64,000 nt of DNA. Origin: Eledone cirrhosa (Eukaryota). A model generated the notes under the pieces. It did not search any database and was not told the origin of the DNA. It worked only from the letters and a program-made list of their open reading frames with translations. The first letter of the stretch is position 1; each line of letters starts with the position of its first letter. The DNA is taken from contig OZ024740.1 in assembly GCA_964016885.1 (NCBI GenBank), positions 338,706,001-338,770,000 of the forward strand, written 5' to 3'. The translations under genes and the position numbers were made by a program. This document shows positions 55,901 through 64,000 of this stretch, one piece after another.

Positions 55901-58900
55901 ACAAAAGCTATTCATCACTCAATAGAATCGACAAAAAATGAGCAATAAAATTAACTGGTGGATAGCTATGTCCAGAGCTAAATATATTAGAAAGATCGAG
56001 TATCGAAAAATCGGCGCACGAGTTCACGAAAAACGAAATTCGATATGAGCGGCAGAGGGCTCAATAATTCAGATGAATCAGAGCTATAACTATCGTTAAA
56101 ATACCATCACATATAGAACAAGTCTACAATCAACCATACGATTTAAAATCGATAAAGGAAGATTCGGGCCAAACAGATAAAAAATATCAATAAAACAATA
56201 CGTCAATAATTTAAATGAATGTAAAATCATACCCGGACCCACTAGAAAGGTGTTAAATCTAGCTTCATGGGTTTCTGTAAATCCTTAGACAGTACTCTAT
56301 CAGCTCACATATAAATATAAAAGCCTACTAGAATAAGTGGAACGGAGTTTACGTTGTCAACGAGTTTTATCCTGGCGGCAAAGGAGTCAACTAGCGGTGA
56401 AAAACGCACATGGCGTTAGACAAGGGAGATGACCCCTATATCCGCGAAAACAATTCGAGTGAATGTGGAAATACACATATCGAATTAGAGTGCTCAATAG
56501 ACATGTTAAAATAAAACAAAAGCTATTCATCACTCAATAGAATCGACAAAAAATGAGCAATAAAATTAACTGGTGGATAGCTATGTCCAGAGCTAAATAT
56601 ATTAGAAAGATCGAGTATCGAAAAATCGGCGCACGAGTTCACGAAAAACGAAATTCGATATGAGCGGCAGAGGGCTCAATAATTCAGATGAATCAGAGCT
56701 ATAACTATCGTTAAAATACCATCACATATAGAACAAGTCTACAATCAACCATACGATTTAAAATCGATAAAGGAAGATTCGGGCCAAACAGATAAAAAAT
56801 ATCAATAAAACAATACGTCAATAATTTAAATGAATGTAAAATCATACCCGGACCCACTAGAAAGGTGTTAAATCTAGCTTCATGGGTTTCTGTAAATCCT
56901 TAGACAGTACTCTATCAGCTCACATATAAATATAAAAGCCTACTAGAATAAGTGGAACGGAGTTTACGTTGTCAACGAGTTTTATCCTGGCGGCAAAGGA
57001 GTCAACTAGCGGTGAAAAACGCACATGGCGTTAGACAAGGGAGATGACCCCTATATCCGCGAAAACAATTCGAGTGAATGTGGAAATACACATATCGAAT
57101 TAGAGTGCTCAATAGACATGTTAAAATAAAACAAAAGCTATTCATCACTCAATAGAATCGACAAAAAATGAGCAATAAAATTAACTGGTGGATAGCTATG
57201 TCCAGAGCTAAATATATTAGAAAGATCGAGTATCGAAAAATCGGCGCACGAGTTCACGAAAAACGAAATTCGATATGAGCGGCAGAGGGCTCAATAATTC
57301 AGATGAATCAGAGCTATAACTATCGTTAAAATACCATCACATATAGAACAAGTCTACAATCAACCATACGATTTAAAATCGATAAAGGAAGATTCGGGCC
57401 AAACAGATAAAAAATATCAATAAAACAATACGTCAATAATTTAAATGAATGTAAAATCATACCCGGACCCACTAGAAAGGTGTTAAATCTAGCTTCATGG
57501 GTTTCTGTAAATCCTTAGACAGTACTCTATCAGCTCACATATAAATATAAAAGCCTACTAGAATAAGTGGAACGGAGTTTACGTTGTCAACGAGTTTTAT
57601 CCTGGCGGCAAAGGAGTCAACTAGCGGTGAAAAACGCACATGGCGTTAGACAAGGGAGATGACCCCTATATCCGCGAAAACAATTCGAGTGAATGTGGAA
57701 ATACACATATCGAATTAGAGTGCTCAATAGACATGTTAAAATAAAACAAAAGCTATTCATCACTCAATAGAATCGACAAAAAATGAGCAATAAAATTAAC
57801 TGGTGGATAGCTATGTCCAGAGCTAAATATATTAGAAAGATCGAGTATCGAAAAATCGGCGCACGAGTTCACGAAAAACGAAATTCGATATGAGCGGCAG
57901 AGGGCTCAATAATTCAGATGAATCAGAGCTATAACTATCGTTAAAATACCATCACATATAGAACAAGTCTACAATCAACCATACGATTTAAAATCGATAA
58001 AGGAAGATTCGGGCCAAACAGATAAAAAATATCAATAAAACAATACGTCAATAATTTAAATGAATGTAAAATCATACCCGGACCCACTAGAAAGGTGTTA
58101 AATCTAGCTTCATGGGTTTCTGTAAATCCTTAGACAGTACTCTATCAGCTCACATATAAATATAAAAGCCTACTAGAATAAGTGGAACGGAGTTTACGTT
58201 GTCAACGAGTTTTATCCTGGCGGCAAAGGAGTCAACTAGCGGTGAAAAACGCACATGGCGTTAGACAAGGGAGATGACCCCTATATCCGCGAAAACAATT
58301 CGAGTGAATGTGGAAATACACATATCGAATTAGAGTGCTCAATAGACATGTTAAAATAAAACAAAAGCTATTCATCACTCAATAGAATCGACAAAAAATG
58401 AGCAATAAAATTAACTGGTGGATAGCTATGTCCAGAGCTAAATATATTAGAAAGATCGAGTATCGAAAAATCGGCGCACGAGTTCACGAAAAACGAAATT
58501 CGATATGAGCGGCAGAGGGCTCAATAATTCAGATGAATCAGAGCTATAACTATCGTTAAAATACCATCACATATAGAACAAGTCTACAATCAACCATACG
58601 ATTTAAAATCGATAAAGGAAGATTCGGGCCAAACAGATAAAAAATATCAATAAAACAATACGTCAATAATTTAAATGAATGTAAAATCATACCCGGACCC
58701 ACTAGAAAGGTGTTAAATCTAGCTTCATGGGTTTCTGTAAATCCTTAGACAGTACTCTATCAGCTCACATATAAATATAAAAGCCTACTAGAATAAGTGG
58801 AACGGAGTTTACGTTGTCAACGAGTTTTATCCTGGCGGCAAAGGAGTCAACTAGCGGTGAAAAACGCACATGGCGTTAGACAAGGGAGATGACCCCTATA

Positions 58901-61900
58901 TCCGCGAAAACAATTCGAGTGAATGTGGAAATACACATATCGAATTAGAGTGCTCAATAGACATGTTAAAATAAAACAAAAGCTATTCATCACTCAATAG
59001 AATCGACAAAAAATGAGCAATAAAATTAACTGGTGGATAGCTATGTCCAGAGCTAAATATATTAGAAAGATCGAGTATCGAAAAATCGGCGCACGAGTTC
59101 ACGAAAAACGAAATTCGATATGAGCGGCAGAGGGCTCAATAATTCAGATGAATCAGAGCTATAACTATCGTTAAAATACCATCACATATAGAACAAGTCT
59201 ACAATCAACCATACGATTTAAAATCGATAAAGGAAGATTCGGGCCAAACAGATAAAAAATATCAATAAAACAATACGTCAATAATTTAAATGAATGTAAA
59301 ATCATACCCGGACCCACTAGAAAGGTGTTAAATCTAGCTTCATGGGTTTCTGTAAATCCTTAGACAGTACTCTATCAGCTCACATATAAATATAAAAGCC
59401 TACTAGAATAAGTGGAACGGAGTTTACGTTGTCAACGAGTTTTATCCTGGCGGCAAAGGAGTCAACTAGCGGTGAAAAACGCACATGGCGTTAGACAAGG
59501 GAGATGACCCCTATATCCGCGAAAACAATTCGAGTGAATGTGGAAATACACATATCGAATTAGAGTGCTCAATAGACATGTTAAAATAAAACAAAAGCTA
59601 TTCATCACTCAATAGAATCGACAAAAAATGAGCAATAAAATTAACTGGTGGATAGCTATGTCCAGAGCTAAATATATTAGAAAGATCGAGTATCGAAAAA
59701 TCGGCGCACGAGTTCACGAAAAACGAAATTCGATATGAGCGGCAGAGGGCTCAATAATTCAGATGAATCAGAGCTATAACTATCGTTAAAATACCATCAC
59801 ATATAGAACAAGTCTACAATCAACCATACGATTTAAAATCGATAAAGGAAGATTCGGGCCAAACAGATAAAAAATATCAATAAAACAATACGTCAATAAT
59901 TTAAATGAATGTAAAATCATACCCGGACCCACTAGAAAGGTGTTAAATCTAGCTTCATGGGTTTCTGTAAATCCTTAGACAGTACTCTATCAGCTCACAT
60001 ATAAATATAAAAGCCTACTAGAATAAGTGGAACGGAGTTTACGTTGTCAACGAGTTTTATCCTGGCGGCAAAGGAGTCAACTAGCGGTGAAAAACGCACA
60101 TGGCGTTAGACAAGGGAGATGACCCCTATATCCGCGAAAACAATTCGAGTGAATGTGGAAATACACATATCGAATTAGAGTGCTCAATAGACATGTTAAA
60201 ATAAAACAAAAGCTATTCATCACTCAATAGAATCGACAAAAAATGAGCAATAAAATTAACTGGTGGATAGCTATGTCCAGAGCTAAATATATTAGAAAGA
60301 TCGAGTATCGAAAAATCGGCGCACGAGTTCACGAAAAACGAAATTCGATATGAGCGGCAGAGGGCTCAATAATTCAGATGAATCAGAGCTATAACTATCG
60401 TTAAAATACCATCACATATAGAACAAGTCTACAATCAACCATACGATTTAAAATCGATAAAGGAAGATTCGGGCCAAACAGATAAAAAATATCAATAAAA
60501 CAATACGTCAATAATTTAAATGAATGTAAAATCATACCCGGACCCACTAGAAAGGTGTTAAATCTAGCTTCATGGGTTTCTGTAAATCCTTAGACAGTAC
60601 TCTATCAGCTCACATATAAATATAAAAGCCTACTAGAATAAGTGGAACGGAGTTTACGTTGTCAACGAGTTTTATCCTGGCGGCAAAGGAGTCAACTAGC
60701 GGTGAAAAACGCACATGGCGTTAGACAAGGGAGATGACCCCTATATCCGCGAAAACAATTCGAGTGAATGTGGAAATACACATATCGAATTAGAGTGCTC
60801 AATAGACATGTTAAAATAAAACAAAAGCTATTCATCACTCAATAGAATCGACAAAAAATGAGCAATAAAATTAACTGGTGGATAGCTATGTCCAGAGCTA
60901 AATATATTAGAAAGATCGAGTATCGAAAAATCGGCGCACGAGTTCACGAAAAACGAAATTCGATATGAGCGGCAGAGGGCTCAATAATTCAGATGAATCA
61001 GAGCTATAACTATCGTTAAAATACCATCACATATAGAACAAGTCTACAATCAACCATACGATTTAAAATCGATAAAGGAAGATTCGGGCCAAACAGATAA
61101 AAAATATCAATAAAACAATACGTCAATAATTTAAATGAATGTAAAATCATACCCGGACCCACTAGAAAGGTGTTAAATCTAGCTTCATGGGTTTCTGTAA
61201 ATCCTTAGACAGTACTCTATCAGCTCACATATAAATATAAAAGCCTACTAGAATAAGTGGAACGGAGTTTACGTTGTCAACGAGTTTTATCCTGGCGGCA
61301 AAGGAGTCAACTAGCGGTGAAAAACGCACATGGCGTTAGACAAGGGAGATGACCCCTATATCCGCGAAAACAATTCGAGTGAATGTGGAAATACACATAT
61401 CGAATTAGAGTGCTCAATAGACATGTTAAAATAAAACAAAAGCTATTCATCACTCAATAGAATCGACAAAAAATGAGCAATAAAATTAACTGGTGGATAG
61501 CTATGTCCAGAGCTAAATATATTAGAAAGATCGAGTATCGAAAAATCGGCGCACGAGTTCACGAAAAACGAAATTCGATATGAGCGGCAGAGGGCTCAAT
61601 AATTCAGATGAATCAGAGCTATAACTATCGTTAAAATACCATCACATATAGAACAAGTCTACAATCAACCATACGATTTAAAATCGATAAAGGAAGATTC
61701 GGGCCAAACAGATAAAAAATATCAATAAAACAATACGTCAATAATTTAAATGAATGTAAAATCATACCCGGACCCACTAGAAAGGTGTTAAATCTAGCTT
61801 CATGGGTTTCTGTAAATCCTTAGACAGTACTCTATCAGCTCACATATAAATATAAAAGCCTACTAGAATAAGTGGAACGGAGTTTACGTTGTCAACGAGT

Positions 61901-64000
61901 TTTATCCTGGCGGCAAAGGAGTCAACTAGCGGTGAAAAACGCACATGGCGTTAGACAAGGGAGATGACCCCTATATCCGCGAAAACAATTCGAGTGAATG
62001 TGGAAATACACATATCGAATTAGAGTGCTCAATAGACATGTTAAAATAAAACAAAAGCTATTCATCACTCAATAGAATCGACAAAAAATGAGCAATAAAA
62101 TTAACTGGTGGATAGCTATGTCCAGAGCTAAATATATTAGAAAGATCGAGTATCGAAAAATCGGCGCACGAGTTCACGAAAAACGAAATTCGATATGAGC
62201 GGCAGAGGGCTCAATAATTCAGATGAATCAGAGCTATAACTATCGTTAAAATACCATCACATATAGAACAAGTCTACAATCAACCATACGATTTAAAATC
62301 GATAAAGGAAGATTCGGGCCAAACAGATAAAAAATATCAATAAAACAATACGTCAATAATTTAAATGAATGTAAAATCATACCCGGACCCACTAGAAAGG
62401 TGTTAAATCTAGCTTCATGGGTTTCTGTAAATCCTTAGACAGTACTCTATCAGCTCACATATAAATATAAAAGCCTACTAGAATAAGTGGAACGGAGTTT
62501 ACGTTGTCAACGAGTTTTATCCTGGCGGCAAAGGAGTCAACTAGCGGTGAAAAACGCACATGGCGTTAGACAAGGGAGATGACCCCTATATCCGCGAAAA
62601 CAATTCGAGTGAATGTGGAAATACACATATCGAATTAGAGTGCTCAATAGACATGTTAAAATAAAACAAAAGCTATTCATCACTCAATAGAATCGACAAA
62701 AAATGAGCAATAAAATTAACTGGTGGATAGCTATGTCCAGAGCTAAATATATTAGAAAGATCGAGTATCGAAAAATCGGCGCACGAGTTCACGAAAAACG
62801 AAATTCGATATGAGCGGCAGAGGGCTCAATAATTCAGATGAATCAGAGCTATAACTATCGTTAAAATACCATCACATATAGAACAAGTCTACAATCAACC
62901 ATACGATTTAAAATCGATAAAGGAAGATTCGGGCCAAACAGATAAAAAATATCAATAAAACAATACGTCAATAATTTAAATGAATGTAAAATCATACCCG
63001 GACCCACTAGAAAGGTGTTAAATCTAGCTTCATGGGTTTCTGTAAATCCTTAGACAGTACTCTATCAGCTCACATATAAATATAAAAGCCTACTAGAATA
63101 AGTGGAACGGAGTTTACGTTGTCAACGAGTTTTATCCTGGCGGCAAAGGAGTCAACTAGCGGTGAAAAACGCACATGGCGTTAGACAAGGGAGATGACCC
63201 CTATATCCGCGAAAACAATTCGAGTGAATGTGGAAATACACATATCGAATTAGAGTGCTCAATAGACATGTTAAAATAAAACAAAAGCTATTCATCACTC
63301 AATAGAATCGACAAAAAATGAGCAATAAAATTAACTGGTGGATAGCTATGTCCAGAGCTAAATATATTAGAAAGATCGAGTATCGAAAAATCGGCGCACG
63401 AGTTCACGAAAAACGAAATTCGATATGAGCGGCAGAGGGCTCAATAATTCAGATGAATCAGAGCTATAACTATCGTTAAAATACCATCACATATAGAACA
63501 AGTCTACAATCAACCATACGATTTAAAATCGATAAAGGAAGATTCGGGCCAAACAGATAAAAAATATCAATAAAACAATACGTCAATAATTTAAATGAAT
63601 GTAAAATCATACCCGGACCCACTAGAAAGGTGTTAAATCTAGCTTCATGGGTTTCTGTAAATCCTTAGACAGTACTCTATCAGCTCACATATAAATATAA
63701 AAGCCTACTAGAATAAGTGGAACGGAGTTTACGTTGTCAACGAGTTTTATCCTGGCGGCAAAGGAGTCAACTAGCGGTGAAAAACGCACATGGCGTTAGA
63801 CAAGGGAGATGACCCCTATATCCGCGAAAACAATTCGAGTGAATGTGGAAATACACATATCGAATTAGAGTGCTCAATAGACATGTTAAAATAAAACAAA
63901 AGCTATTCATCACTCAATAGAATCGACAAAAAATGAGCAATAAAATTAACTGGTGGATAGCTATGTCCAGAGCTAAATATATTAGAAAGATCGAGTATCG
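52908..64000. repeat. 615-bp satellite array, ~18 copies, runs off window end
   Basis: attagaaagatcgagtatcg at 52911, 53526, 54141 and onward (period 615); no variants seen by eye. Confidence 0.99.

Noticed and set aside
52908-64000. CRISPR array, 5S rDNA or snRNA tandem cluster
   Set aside because: Units are identical with no spacers, and there is no recognisable 5S, tRNA or snRNA sequence.

Overview
Gene-poor, AT-rich eukaryotic DNA. The SINEs and the extreme (TA)n/(CA)n load suggest a cephalopod such as Octopus; this is an inference. No intact host gene is supported, and nearly all ORF-track entries are microsatellite artefacts. Bases 1-52,900 are a mosaic of transposon remnants sitting in (TA)n: three Penelope-like (PLE) GIY-YIG fragments, CR1-like and RTE-like LINEs, an RLE-type LINE fragment, a mariner relic, tRNA-derived SINEs, Helitron-like ends and a MITE. 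Bases 52,908-64,000 are about 18 apparently identical copies of a 615-bp satellite. The hidden structure is a swarm of more than 20 hammerhead ribozyme (HHR) motifs from many different short PLE-type families, often in fold-back or partial-tandem arrangements. Standout: three copies (1735-1806, 33440-33510, 32995-33065) of a non-circularly permuted, pseudoknotted hammerhead with a kink-turn on stem III, supported by compensatory base changes between diverged copies. Other notable forms are a U3-A8 compensatory core variant and a U4A variant. All RNA folds were assigned by eye and none is experimentally tested.
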